Positions 29,867-40,024 of a stretch of DNA of 64,000 bases are shown piece by piece. Position 1 is the first letter of the stretch; each line of letters opens with the position of its first letter. Below the pieces are notes generated by a model. The model did not search any database. It had not been told where the DNA came from and saw only the letters and a list, made by a program, of their open reading frames with translations. The position numbers and the translations under genes are program-made. Source of the DNA: an uncultured Planctomycetota bacterium (GTDB lineage Bacteria > Planctomycetota > Planctomycetia > Pirellulales > Lacipirellulaceae); NCBI GenBank assembly GCA_963719315.1, contig CAVRBU010000001.1:256001-320000 (forward strand), read 5' to 3'.

Positions 29867-31232
29867 TTAGTTGTTTTGCTACTGAATCGCAGTAGACACG
29901 AAACCGGCCAGGCCCATCTTTAGCCGCACGCTCATAGAATTTCAGTACGCGAGCATCGGCACCACCCACGGCGATAAGGGCCATAGTGATAAGTTTAACG
30001 TCGCCGTCATCGCCGCGAGCAAGTCCCGTCTCTGCCGTTTCAATTAGCTGAGCAATGGCCCAATTGCATTGGTCTCCCATGATTCCAAGTGTGTTGCAAG
30101 CCGGGGCTAGAGTTTCCCAAACTACGGCATCACTTGACCGTCGGTATTCTTCCAAAAGTTTGCTAATAACTTTTCTTAATCGGCCGGACTTTGGGTCAAT
30201 TTGTGCCAACGAAACCATAAGAATGTACTTTGCGTCGCGGTTCTGTGCTGAATCAATGTCATCCGCGATTGCGGGGATTGCTGCTTTTGCATTGTTGCCG
30301 AATCCTGCAAGTGACACTGCCGCTGCGAGTTTTACTTTTGGGGATACGTCTTTCTTAAACGAATCGAGTAACGCCGGTATCACGTCCGCCGAAAGTGCGG
30401 TGGCACGGCTTAGCCCCAATGCTGCCCGCGATCTATCGAGCGTCGATGGTGCTGTTTTGAGTTGTGCAACTCTCCTATCAAACATCTGTTTTACACGCTT
30501 ATCTTTGGCGGCATACTCGGCAATAAGTCTGGTAACTTCGCGGTATGGTTCGGCTTGCCCGGCCCGTGCTACCAGGTCACTGCGATTGTAGAAAAGTGAC
30601 AACTCGTACCAATTGTTTAGCGGATAGTCCCACTCCCTTGGGCCGGATACTACAGGGTCATTATCAAAGACAATTTCAACATCGACGCCGTTGCCGCTGT
30701 CAATGTGGATCGTCCGACTGGGAAAGTTTACGTGTTCCTGAAGGGACCACAGCAACGGAAGTGCCCAATCGGGATTTGTGCCAACTTCGCTCAACACCCA
30801 AATCGTCTTTGCAATCGACTCAGCGTCCCCGTCTCGCACCAAAGGAGCAATAATCGCTTTTACGCCAGTGCAAGATGTGTCTACTTCTCGAACCGCTTTT
30901 GTGGCGGCTGTCACCTTTACTTTGTCACCAGACGCTAATGCTGCCTTCAAGTCCTCGATGAGTTGCGGAAGCTGTTTCGGTGGTTGCTGAGGGGCACCTA
31001 CCGGTAAATTCTTCTCATGCAGCGTTTTGATAATGAATTCTCGATCCGCTTCGGATAACTTCTGCATATCAACAATCTTAGTCTGCCCGTTGGGCAGTCG
31101 TAGCGTCACCGTGGCTTCGACAAACTCGGCTTCAAGCGAATGTTTTCCGCTGGCATCGGTCCATTCGCGGTTTTGTGTCGGTTCCGCAGTGGCAACCGAC
31201 GCCATACATGCGAGTAGCAGAATTGAGCGCAT
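29841..31232 (-). CDS. Secreted SHD1-domain + HEAT-repeat protein; last codons supplied by IS5
   Basis: Signal peptide; REWTDASGKHSLEAEF...KLSEADREFI (SHD1); HEAT-like VIPALL..VKLAAAVSLAGFGNNAKAAIPAI. Confidence 0.8.
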   Translation of the reverse strand: MRSILLLACMASVATAEPTQNREWTDASGKHSLEAEFVEATVTLRLPNGQTKIVDMQKLSEADREFIIKTLHEKNLPVGAPQQPPKQLPQLIEDLKAALASGDKVKVTAATKAVREVDTSCTGVKAIIAPLVRDGDAESIAKTIWVLSEVGTNPDWALPLLWSLQEHVNFPSRTIHIDSGNGVDVEIVFDNDPVVSGPREWDYPLNNWYELSLFYNRSDLVARAGQAEPYREVTRLIAEYAAKDKRVKQMFDRRVAQLKTAPSTLDRSRAALGLSRATALSADVIPALLDSFKKDVSPKVKLAAAVSLAGFGNNAKAAIPAIADDIDSAQNRDAKYILMVSLAQIDPKSGRLRKVISKLLEEYRRSSDAVVWETLAPACNTLGIMGDQCNWAIAQLIETAETGLARGDDGDVKLITMALIAVGGADARVLKFYERAAKDGPGRFRVYCDSVAKQLRTPNKTLR

Positions 31233-31571
31233 GGTAGACCCCCGACTATGAGTAATAACCGGGTCTAATATAGCAGGCGGTTTTTGGGGTAGGCAGCCAC
31301 CGCAATTGGTAAGAATTCGGCGTGTCTAGGCTCGCCTCACCCCGTCAGAACGATTCTGGGGCCATCCTGTGCCTGCCTTTTTGACAAACTGGCGTTCCAT
31401 CGCAAAAGGGGTCAAACTTTATGACTGCACATGACGAGTCAAGAAGCCAAAAAATAGTTCTGACCGTTCTGACCTCTTTTCCATTTTAGTCCTCTCGCAC
31501 TGCGAGAGGAAATTGCCTCTCGCGAAGCACGACGCTTACATTAAACTGTTCCACTACCGCAGCCCAACATC

Positions 31572-32942
31572 CTACTTGTCATTGCCCACATCGGCGGCAA
31601 GTTCGTGCACCTTGGCGACGATTTGCTCTTCGACTTTCGGATCCCACGGAGCGGGCAGGCCGTAGGGGAAGCGGGCCAGGCCGCCTTCGTAGCCGCCTTC
31701 GCCGAGTACGCGGCGGGAGGGGATGTAGCCCATTACGTCGTTCGAGTAGCTCGCGACCCAGGTCTTGCCGGGACCGACTTCCGTTTTTAGCCGGAGCGAA
31801 TAATCGACGACGGCTTCGCCGCCGAGGAAAATCCACGTGAGGTCGCTGCCCAGCTTCCAGACTTGGATGGGATAAGGATAGGTGGCGGGCAGCTTGCCGT
31901 CGCGGTCCCATTCGCTTAGCAGGTACCTGGCCCACGGCGCTTGTGGACGCTCGCCTGTGGCGGCAGTGAGCTCCAGTTCGGCCCGCGTCGGCAGTTCGCC
32001 GAATGGCAAATCGATTTCCTCGTAAGCGGTGGCGAGCGTGGGGGCAATAGGTTGGAGCGACGACTTGAGGGCCCCGTCCACGCCATCGGCGAATTCGTCG
32101 CCATATTGTTTCATGGAGGCGATGCTCCGCCGGGGCAATGGGTTTTGATCGCCGCCGCAGCCGACGAAATAGAGGGCGGTGACGCCCGGATGTCGGCGTT
32201 CGATTTCGGTTTGGGCGGCGCCGGGCCAATCGGCGGAGATGAAGTAGTCCGAGAGCACGGTGGCGTGGCAGGCATAGCCGGCAGCGATTGCCCGCAGTTC
32301 GCCGTCGTCGCCGCTTACGGTCAGCACCGGCAGCTCATGATCGATTGGACCTTTGAGCTTGTTCTCCTGCCGCAGCTTCGGCACTTGGCCTTCTGGGTTA
32401 TTGCGGCGATTGACGGCGAACCCGGCCTCGCCGATTCCGTAGGCCAATTTCGCCGGCTTCCGTGTGCCAATCGCTTCGCCGACAACATCAACCAGCATGT
32501 CCGCCAGCTTTGCCTTGTACTCTGTCACGCGGCGGGTCTGATCCTCGTCGAGATTGAACATCGGCACGAGATTGCCGCGGATGACGGGGCCGCTGTGGGT
32601 GTGCGACGTCGAGAGGGCGATCGCCGCCCGCGGCAACCCGTATTTTTCTTTGAGGCGCTGACATACTGTTTGCGACAACCCGCGATCGATGCCGACGAGG
32701 TCCATCGTCACCAGCACGGTGCGCTTGCCGGCCGCGTCTTCGAGCACGAGCGCCTTGGCCCACAAGTCGTCGTGCTTGGTGGCGGCCGGTTTGTTGCGCG
32801 AACCATAGCCGGACAGCCAAATCGGTAGTTCCGGCGTAATGTTGACGCTGGCGACGCCAGCCTGCCAACCCTTTCCAGTTGCACCCGCTGTTTGCGATGC
32901 GATTGCGATGGCGAAGAAGAAAAGAGCGCAGTAACGGGTCAT
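31572..32942 (-). CDS. Neutral/alkaline non-lysosomal ceramidase-family protein
   Basis: WQAGVASVNITP, LSGYGSR, SHTHSGP, VNRR, YACHATVL, GCGGDQNP, GYIPS, GGYEG. Confidence 0.85.
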   Translation of the reverse strand: MTRYCALFFFAIAIASQTAGATGKGWQAGVASVNITPELPIWLSGYGSRNKPAATKHDDLWAKALVLEDAAGKRTVLVTMDLVGIDRGLSQTVCQRLKEKYGLPRAAIALSTSHTHSGPVIRGNLVPMFNLDEDQTRRVTEYKAKLADMLVDVVGEAIGTRKPAKLAYGIGEAGFAVNRRNNPEGQVPKLRQENKLKGPIDHELPVLTVSGDDGELRAIAAGYACHATVLSDYFISADWPGAAQTEIERRHPGVTALYFVGCGGDQNPLPRRSIASMKQYGDEFADGVDGALKSSLQPIAPTLATAYEEIDLPFGELPTRAELELTAATGERPQAPWARYLLSEWDRDGKLPATYPYPIQVWKLGSDLTWIFLGGEAVVDYSLRLKTEVGPGKTWVASYSNDVMGYIPSRRVLGEGGYEGGLARFPYGLPAPWDPKVEEQIVAKVHELAADVGNDK

Positions 32943-33000
32943 GATATTGTTCCTATTTGTTTTCACCGCGGCGGCATGACGTAGGAGAAACGACCAATGA

Positions 33001-33141
33001 CAGTAGTTCCAAGTTCAGACTAAGTGGGCGGGAACACTAATCTTCGCTAATTTCCACTGATTCGGAATTAGCGGAAATTAGTGAGAACCAGCGTTCCTCA
33101 GTAATTCATTTCCTCGCCAGTCTCGAAACTTGGAAGTACTG
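33001..33141. mobile_element. 141-bp MITE (type C) inserted in a heptamer repeat
   Basis: 15-bp IRs matching 14/15 (CAGTAGTTCCAAGTT / AACTTGGAAGTACTG); AATGA on both flanks (32996-33000 and 33142-33146); internal inverted tandem 10-mers. Confidence 0.8.
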
Positions 33142-33202
33142 AATGACCAAGCACCAATGACCAACGCAGATCTGTCTCACTTGGTCCTTGGCCATTAGGA
33201 TT
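33142..33202. repeat. Inverted heptamer tandem repeats (AATGACC / TTGGTCC-type)
   Basis: aatgacc aagcacc aatgacc aa ... ttggtcc ttggcca ttaggat. Confidence 0.6.
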
Positions 33203-33228
33203 TCCCGTCGTAATTGTGCCTTCGTGAT

Positions 33229-34902
33229 TCAGTCCTTATTTTGATAAACGACTTTTCCTCCGACGATCGTCGTGCGGATTGGCACTGTGTTCAGTTCGTT
33301 GGGCGGCGTGTCGAACAGGTTGCGGCCCAGCACGACCAGGTCGGCCAGTTTGCCGGGTTCGAGTGAGCCGAGTGTGGCTTCGCTAAAGCCGGCATAGGCT
33401 GCGTCGATCGTGTAGGCGCGGAGAGCTTCTTCGACCGTGATCTTCTGTTGCGGTATCCAGCCGTCGGGGTTCTTGCCGTCGAGCGTGCGGCGCGTGACGG
33501 CGGCGTAAATGCCTTCGATCGGCGTGGGCGGCGCTACGAACCAATCGCTGCCGAACGCCAGTCGTGCGCCGCTATCCAAGAGCGAGCGGAAGGCGTAGGT
33601 CGTCTCACACCGTTTTGCGCCAATCAAGCCTTCCGCCCAGCGGCCGTCGTCGATCGCATGGTACGGCTGCATGCTGGCGATGACGCCGAGCTTTGCGAAC
33701 CGCGGCAAGTCTTGCGGGTGGATGTGCTGCGCATGTTCGATGCGGAACCGGCGGTCGCGCGGGCCGTTGGCTTGGGCCACGCGCTCGTAGATATCGAGTT
33801 GTGTGCGGATGGCCCGGTCGCCGATCGCGTGTACCACGACCTGCAGCCCCGCGCGGTCGGCGTCGAGCGTCCACTTCTCCAAATCCTCGGGTGTGTTGAC
33901 CAGCAGGCCGCGGTCGGCCGGCGAGTCGCTGAATGGCTCCAGGAACGCGGCGGTGTGAGAGCCGAGCGAGCCATCGACGAAACCCTTGAGCCCGCCGATG
34001 CGGAGCCAGTCGTTGCCGCGGCCGCGCTCCTGCACTTCTTTCGCAAGCCGCTCCCACTGCTCGAGCGGCGTGCAGGCGTAGATTCGCGTCTTCAAGAGTC
34101 CGCGCCGCTCGGCGATGCGGAGGATTTCGAGTTGCGGCCAGGTGCCCAGGTGATGCACCGCGGTGACGCCGCGGGCCGCGAGATAATCCATCGCGGCCAC
34201 CGTCGCGTCGAGCCGCTGCTGTAGCGTGGGGTCTGGCTGCGCGCGATCGATGAGCGACAAAGCGTTGTCCTTGAAGATGCCGGTCGGCCGGCTGGTCTTG
34301 TCGCGGACGATTTCGCCACCGGGCACGTCCTTCACATCATCGCCGATCTTGGCTGCCCGCATGGCGGCCGAGTTCGCCAGCGACATGTGCCCATCCAGGC
34401 GGTTGATCCACACAGGGTTTTCGGGCGTTACGGCGTCGATCCAATCGCGCGAGGGGAGCTCGCCGCCCCACAGTGTATGGTCCCAATCGCCGCCGGTGAT
34501 CCACGCGCCGCGCTCCTGCTTCTTCGCAAACTCGCCGATGCGGCGGACGAACTCGTCGCGCGAGGCGGCATCGCGCAGTTGCACCGAGGCCAGGCGCAGG
34601 CCGCCGTCGATCAAGTGGATGTGCGAATCGATGAGACCCGGCACGACCATGCCATCGCCGGCGTCGATGACTTGCGTCTTGTCGCCGCGATATTTTTGCA
34701 GTTCATCGCGCGAACCGACGGCCACGATTTTGTCGCCGCGAATCGCGACAGCTTCGGCGAGCGGCCGATGTGTGTCGGCCGTCCAGACGGAGCCCTCGAT
34801 CAAAATCGTAGCCGGACCTCCGTCCGCTCCATCATCGGCGCGAGTCGGGGCAGCCGCTGCACAGAGCATCGCAAGTGCCGTGAGGTATTGCATCGGCGTC
34901 AT
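33229..34902 (-). CDS. Secreted YtcJ-like amidohydrolase (Amidohydro_3)
   Basis: PGLIDSHIH, DGHMSLANS, KGFVDGSLGS, HAIGDRA, RIEHAQ, FGSDW, GSLEPGKLAD. Confidence 0.92.
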   Translation of the reverse strand: MTPMQYLTALAMLCAAAAPTRADDGADGGPATILIEGSVWTADTHRPLAEAVAIRGDKIVAVGSRDELQKYRGDKTQVIDAGDGMVVPGLIDSHIHLIDGGLRLASVQLRDAASRDEFVRRIGEFAKKQERGAWITGGDWDHTLWGGELPSRDWIDAVTPENPVWINRLDGHMSLANSAAMRAAKIGDDVKDVPGGEIVRDKTSRPTGIFKDNALSLIDRAQPDPTLQQRLDATVAAMDYLAARGVTAVHHLGTWPQLEILRIAERRGLLKTRIYACTPLEQWERLAKEVQERGRGNDWLRIGGLKGFVDGSLGSHTAAFLEPFSDSPADRGLLVNTPEDLEKWTLDADRAGLQVVVHAIGDRAIRTQLDIYERVAQANGPRDRRFRIEHAQHIHPQDLPRFAKLGVIASMQPYHAIDDGRWAEGLIGAKRCETTYAFRSLLDSGARLAFGSDWFVAPPTPIEGIYAAVTRRTLDGKNPDGWIPQQKITVEEALRAYTIDAAYAGFSEATLGSLEPGKLADLVVLGRNLFDTPPNELNTVPIRTTIVGGKVVYQNKD

Positions 34903-34949
34903 TCCAAACCTCCGAAGCTGTCAAAACCGAAAATAAAATCGCAATTCTC

Positions 34950-34973
34950 GCACGGACTGAAGTCCGTGCTACA
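34950..34973 (-). repeat. GTAG-type REP-like hairpin
   Basis: The minus strand reads TGTAGCACGGACT-TC-AGTCCGTGC. Confidence 0.6.
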
Positions 34974-35027
34974 AAGTTCCGGTCCGAACGGTGCCAAATG
35001 TAGGACACCACCGCCGTGGCAGAACCC

Positions 35028-35056
35028 TTGGCTTTTGGTCCCCTGGGGGTTATCAT
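35028..35056 (+). promoter_or_regulatory. Candidate sigma70 promoter of the DUF1553-DUF1501 operon
   Basis: TTGGCT-17 nt-TATCAT, about 110 nt upstream of ATG 35166. Confidence 0.5.
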
Positions 35057-35165
35057 ACCAGATGCGATGGTTTGCCTGCTGGAATGGTCGCGCCGGTGCT
35101 CTCTCAGCACGTACGCGGCCGCTCCATTGCGATCCCACCTTAAACAACCGCGGCAACCACACGTC

Positions 35166-38100
35166 ATGACGATTGCGTGTACCCATAGAGCACTGCTCGC
35201 GTACTTCGCACTGATTGCGGGGCGTTCTGCGCTGCCGCCCAGGGAGCCGAAAGCGCGGTCAAGTACAACCGCGACGTCCGCCCCATACTGTTCGAGAACT
35301 GCTTCGCGTGTCACGGGCCAGATAGCGCGGCTCGGCAGGCTGAACTGCGGCTCGATCGGCGGGAGGTCGCCGTTGAGAAAGCGGCTATCGCGCCGGGCGA
35401 CCCGGATGCCAGTGAAATGATCCGGCGGATTTTGTCGGATGATCCCGATGAACAAATGCCTCCGCCGGAGACCAAGAAGACCCTCACCGACATTCAAAAG
35501 CAAGTGCTCGTGCGGTGGATCAAAGAAGGGGCGAAGTACGAACCGCTGTGGTCACTCATTCCGCCCGTTCGCCCGCCCGTTCCGAAGATTAGCGATCGTT
35601 CCTGGGCACACAATCCGATCGATAACTTTATCGCCGCGCGGCTGGAAGCGGAGGGATTGACGCCCACGCCCGAGGCCGATCGCCGAACGCTGGTCCGCCG
35701 CGTGAGTCTCGATATCACCGGGCTGCCACCCACTCCGGAGTTGGTCGAAGAATTCGTCAAGGACGCGGCCCCCGACGCCTACGAGCGACTCGTCGATAAG
35801 CTTCTCGCGTCGCCGAAGTGGGGCGAGCACCGCGGGCGATATTGGCTCGACGCCGCCCGCTACGCCGACACGCACGGCATTCATTTCGATAACTATCGCG
35901 AGATGTGGTCGTATCGCGATTGGGTCATCAAGGCGTTCAACCAGAACATGCCGTTCGATCAGTTCACGATCGAGAATCTCGCCGGCGACTTGATGCCGAA
36001 CGCGACGCTCGATGACCGCATCGGATCCGGCTTCAACCGCTGCAACATCACGACGAACGAAGGCGGCGCCATTGCGGAAGAGTACGCCGTGCTCTACGCG
36101 CGCGACCGCGTGGAGACGACGACCAAGGTTTGGTTGGGCCTGACGGCGGGTTGCGCCGTGTGTCACGACCATAAGTTCGATCCGCTCACGCAGAAAGAGT
36201 TTTACGAACTGGCGGCGTTTTTCAACAACACAACCCAAGCGCCGATGGACGGCAACGTGAAGGACACGCCGCCGATCGTGAGCGTGCCGCAGGAGTCGGA
36301 TGCCAAGCGTTGGGACGAAGTCGCGAAGGAAATCCCGGCAGCGAAGGTGCTGGTCGATGATCGCCGCCGCGATGCGCAGCCGGAGTTCGACGTTTGGTTG
36401 GCGACGGCCAAGCCGGCCGACGTGGCGACTGAAATTCCGACCTCCGAGCTCGAGTTGTTCGCGGCGCTGAACGACGGGGATAAGACAATTCGCTATGAAC
36501 TGCACGGCAAGAAGGCGAAAGCGCGGCTGCCGAAGACCGTGGAATGGCGACCGGGCCGGGTCAGTGCGAACGCCGCGTATTTGAACCAGGGCGAAGTGCT
36601 TTCCGAGAAGAAAGCCGGTGATTTCGATGCCAACCAGGCGTTTTCGTATGCCGCTTGGGTGAAGCTTCCGGCGAACGATGGCTCGGGCGCGATTCTCTCG
36701 CGGATGGACGATCGCCGCGACTTCCGCGGCTGGGACTTGTGGGTCGAAAGTCGCCATATTGGCGCGCACCTGATCGATCGGTGGCCGGATAACGCGATCA
36801 AAGTCGTCAGCCGCGATCAATTGCCGGCCGACGAGTGGGTACATGTGGCCATCACGTACGACGGCAGCAGCAAAGCGGCCGGCGTGAAGGTTTACGTAAA
36901 CGGCGAGTCGCAACCGACCAACATTGCGGCCGATTCGCTGGCCGGTACGCTCCGCACGGATGTGCCATTCAAGATTGGGCAGCGCAATACGACCTCGCCC
37001 CTTTCGGGCGCGACGATTCAAGACGTGCGGCTCTACAGCCGGCTGCTGGCCGAAAGCGAGGTGGCGTCGTTGGCGAAGCTCTCGTTGTCCGCCGTCGTCG
37101 CGGCGCCGCCGGAAAAGCGGAGTGAAGCCGATCTCAACAATTTGTACGATTGGTGGCTTAGGAATCTTGATGCCAAATATCTAGCGCTCTCCAAAACACA
37201 GGCGGACCTCATTCGCGAACAGGCCGACATGCAAGCCCGCAGCACGACTGGTTATGTCATGCAGGAGCGGGCCGAACCAGCGATCGCGTTCGTATTGAAT
37301 CGCGGCGAATACGATCAGCGCAAGGAGCAAGTCTCGCCGGGTACGCCCGCGATGCTGCCCCCCTTCCCCGCGGACTTGCCGCACAACCGCCTTGGCTTTG
37401 CGAAGTGGCTGCTGCGGCCCGAGCAGCCGCTTACGGCCCGTGTTACGGTTAACCGCTTCTGGAGCGAAGTATTCGGCACGGGCCTCGTGAAAACGCCCGG
37501 CGATTTCGGCGTTTCTGGCGAACTGCCGTCGCACCCGGAGCTGCTCGATTGGTTGGCCATCGAGTTTCGCGACTCGGGCTGGGATGTCAAGAAGCTGTTT
37601 AAGCTGATGGTCACCTCATCGGCCTATCGCCAAAGCGGGGCGATCACTCCGGAGAAGCTCGCAAAGGACGGCGAGAATCGCCTTCTCTCGCGCGGCCCGC
37701 GGTTCCGGATGGATGCCGAAATGGTGCGCGACTACGCGCTGGCCGCGAGCGGGCTGTTGTCCGACAAAATCGGCGGTCCGAGCGTCAAGCCGTATCAGCC
37801 GCCCGGCGTGTGGGAAGCGGTCGCCATGATCGGCAGCAACACGCGGGATTACAAGCATGATGCAGGCGATGCACTGTATCGCCGCAGCATGTATACATTC
37901 TGGAAGCGGGCTGCGCCGCCGGCTTCCATGGACGTATTCAACGCGCCATCGCGCGAAACCTGCACGATGGTCCGCGAGCGCACCAACACGCCGCTGCAGG
38001 CTTTGGTGACGCTCAACGATCCACAATTCGTCGAAGCTGCACGGCAACTGGCCGAGCACGCCATCGAATCGAATGGCGACGATACCAAGAGACTTGACTT

Positions 38101-38329
38101 CATGGCCGATCGACTGTTAGCCCGGCCACTGAAGCCAAAGGAGCTTTCGGTCGTTCGCGGTTCGCTCGAAAAGTTCGAGCGACACTACTCGGCCGCCGCC
38201 GATGACGCGGCTAAGCTCGTCGAGGTTGGCGAATCGAAACACGACTCGAAAGTTTCCCTGCCGCAACTGGCGGCGTGGACGATGGTCGCCAACGAACTGA
38301 TGAATATGGATGAAGTATTGAACAAGTAA
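35166..38329 (+). CDS. Planctomycete cytochrome c (PSCyt1) + DUF1549 + LamG + DUF1553 protein; frameshift near 35220
   Basis: Signal peptide from 35166; upstream extension of ORF 35417 reads [61 protein letters not shown]. Confidence 0.92.
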
Positions 38330-38335
38330 TGGTTT

Positions 38336-38405
38336 GAGTAGGTGAGTAGGTGAGTAGGTGTTTTGCCGATGCCTACTCACTTACTCACCTGTTCACCCAC
38401 TCACC
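38336..38405. repeat. Inverted octamer tandem repeats
   Basis: (GAGTAGGT)x3 followed by cctactca cttactca cctgttca cccactca. Confidence 0.75.
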
Positions 38406-38414
38406 ACCACAACT

Positions 38415-39890
38415 ATGAATACTTTCGAACAATTCCGCCAACTCGTCTCGCGCCGCCATTTTTTGTCGTCCGGTTCGCACCTGCTCGGCACTGCCGCCCT
38501 GGCAACCTTAGCCGGCAATGGACTGTCAAAGAGAGCGCTTGGAGCGAGTTCAAAGGACGTGCACGCCACGACACGGCACGCGCTCACGAATTTCGCGCCG
38601 AAGGCCAAACAAGTAATCTATCTGCACATGGTGGGTGGCCCGCCGCAGATGGACCTGTACGACTATAAGCCCGTCATGGGGGAATGGTACGACAAAGACC
38701 TGCCCGAATCGGTCCGCATGGGCCAGCGATTGACGACAATGACCAGCGGCCAGGCCCGCTTCCCGATCGCGCCGTCGATCTACAAGTTCGAACGCTGCGG
38801 CCAAGCGGGCATGTGGGTCAGCCAACTGATGCCCTGGATGAAGAAGATGGTGGATGATGTCGTCTTCATCCGCAGCATGCACACGGAAGCCATCAACCAC
38901 GAGCCGGCGATCACGCTGATGCAGACCGGCAACCAGGTGACGGGCCGGCCATGTCTCGGATCCTGGACCTCTTACGGCCTCGGCGCGCTCAACGACAACC
39001 TGCCGACGTTCGTCGTAATGGTCGCGAAGCCGACCAACACCGAACAGGTGCAGGCGATCTCGGCGCGGCTGTGGTCGTCCGGCTTTTTGCCGGGGCAGCA
39101 CGCCGGCGTCAGTTTCCGCACGGCCGGCGATCCGATTCTGTACATCAACGATCCGCCGGGAGTTCCGCGCGATATCCGCCGTGCCAGCTTGGCCGTCGTC
39201 AACGCCCTCAACGAAATAAATTTTCAGCAATTGCACGATCCACAAACGGAGACGCGGATCCAGCAATACGAGTTGGCGTACCGCATGCAATCCAGCGTGC
39301 CGGAACTAATCGATCTCGCGAGCGAGCCCGATTCGACGTATAAGCTCTACGGAGACGAAGCCAAGAAGCCCGGCACGTTTGCCAACACGGCGCTGCTCGC
39401 GCGGCGGATGGTCGAGCGCGGCGTGCGGTTCGTGCAGATTTATCACAACAATTGGGACACGCACTCGAACGTCGCCGGCCGCTTGCCCGATCAATGCCGC
39501 GATGTCGACCAGCCCTGCTTCGCGCTCATTCAAGATTTGAAGCAGCGCGGAATGTTGGACGAAACGCTCGTCGTCTGGGGCGGCGAATTCGGTCGCACGA
39601 TCTATTCGCAGGGTGGTCTCTCGAAGCAGAATTACGGCCGCGACCACCACCCGCGGTGCTTCACCATGTGGATGGCCGGCGGCGGTTTCAAAGGGGGCAC
39701 CGTGCTCGGCGAGACCGATGATTTTTCGTATAACATCGTCAAAGACCCGGTGCACGTCCGCGATTTCCACGCCACCGTTCTAAATCAATTGGGCTTCGAC
39801 CACGAGCAGTTCACGTTCAGGCACTTGGGGCTCGATCAAAAGCTGACCGGCGTCATGCCGGCTCGCGTCGTTCACGAAGTGTTGTCGTGA
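38415..39890 (+). CDS. DUF1501 (sulfatase-like) Tat-exported protein
   Basis: SRRHFL, AKQVIYLHMVGGPPQMDLYDYKP, ERGVRFVQ, WDTH, GEFGRT, GRDHHP. Confidence 0.93.
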   Translation: MNTFEQFRQLVSRRHFLSSGSHLLGTAALATLAGNGLSKRALGASSKDVHATTRHALTNFAPKAKQVIYLHMVGGPPQMDLYDYKPVMGEWYDKDLPESVRMGQRLTTMTSGQARFPIAPSIYKFERCGQAGMWVSQLMPWMKKMVDDVVFIRSMHTEAINHEPAITLMQTGNQVTGRPCLGSWTSYGLGALNDNLPTFVVMVAKPTNTEQVQAISARLWSSGFLPGQHAGVSFRTAGDPILYINDPPGVPRDIRRASLAVVNALNEINFQQLHDPQTETRIQQYELAYRMQSSVPELIDLASEPDSTYKLYGDEAKKPGTFANTALLARRMVERGVRFVQIYHNNWDTHSNVAGRLPDQCRDVDQPCFALIQDLKQRGMLDETLVVWGGEFGRTIYSQGGLSKQNYGRDHHPRCFTMWMAGGGFKGGTVLGETDDFSYNIVKDPVHVRDFHATVLNQLGFDHEQFTFRHLGLDQKLTGVMPARVVHEVLS

Positions 39891-40024
39891 CGTTTATGGC
39901 AATCGGCGATTTTTCCGTCGATCCGCGCGTCGCACCATCCTCTCTTGGCTCTTGGCCGATGGCGGAAACCAATATGTTTATCGCAGAGAGCGCTCGAAAC
40001 ACACCAACTCGCGTCAAACCATCC

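Noticed and set aside
35552..37021. 489-aa antisense ORF, and similar long shadows such as 55314-56735, 21554-22582 and 48254-49195
   Set aside because: They lie opposite well-supported genes, which is the usual GC-rich codon-bias artefact, and have no motifs.
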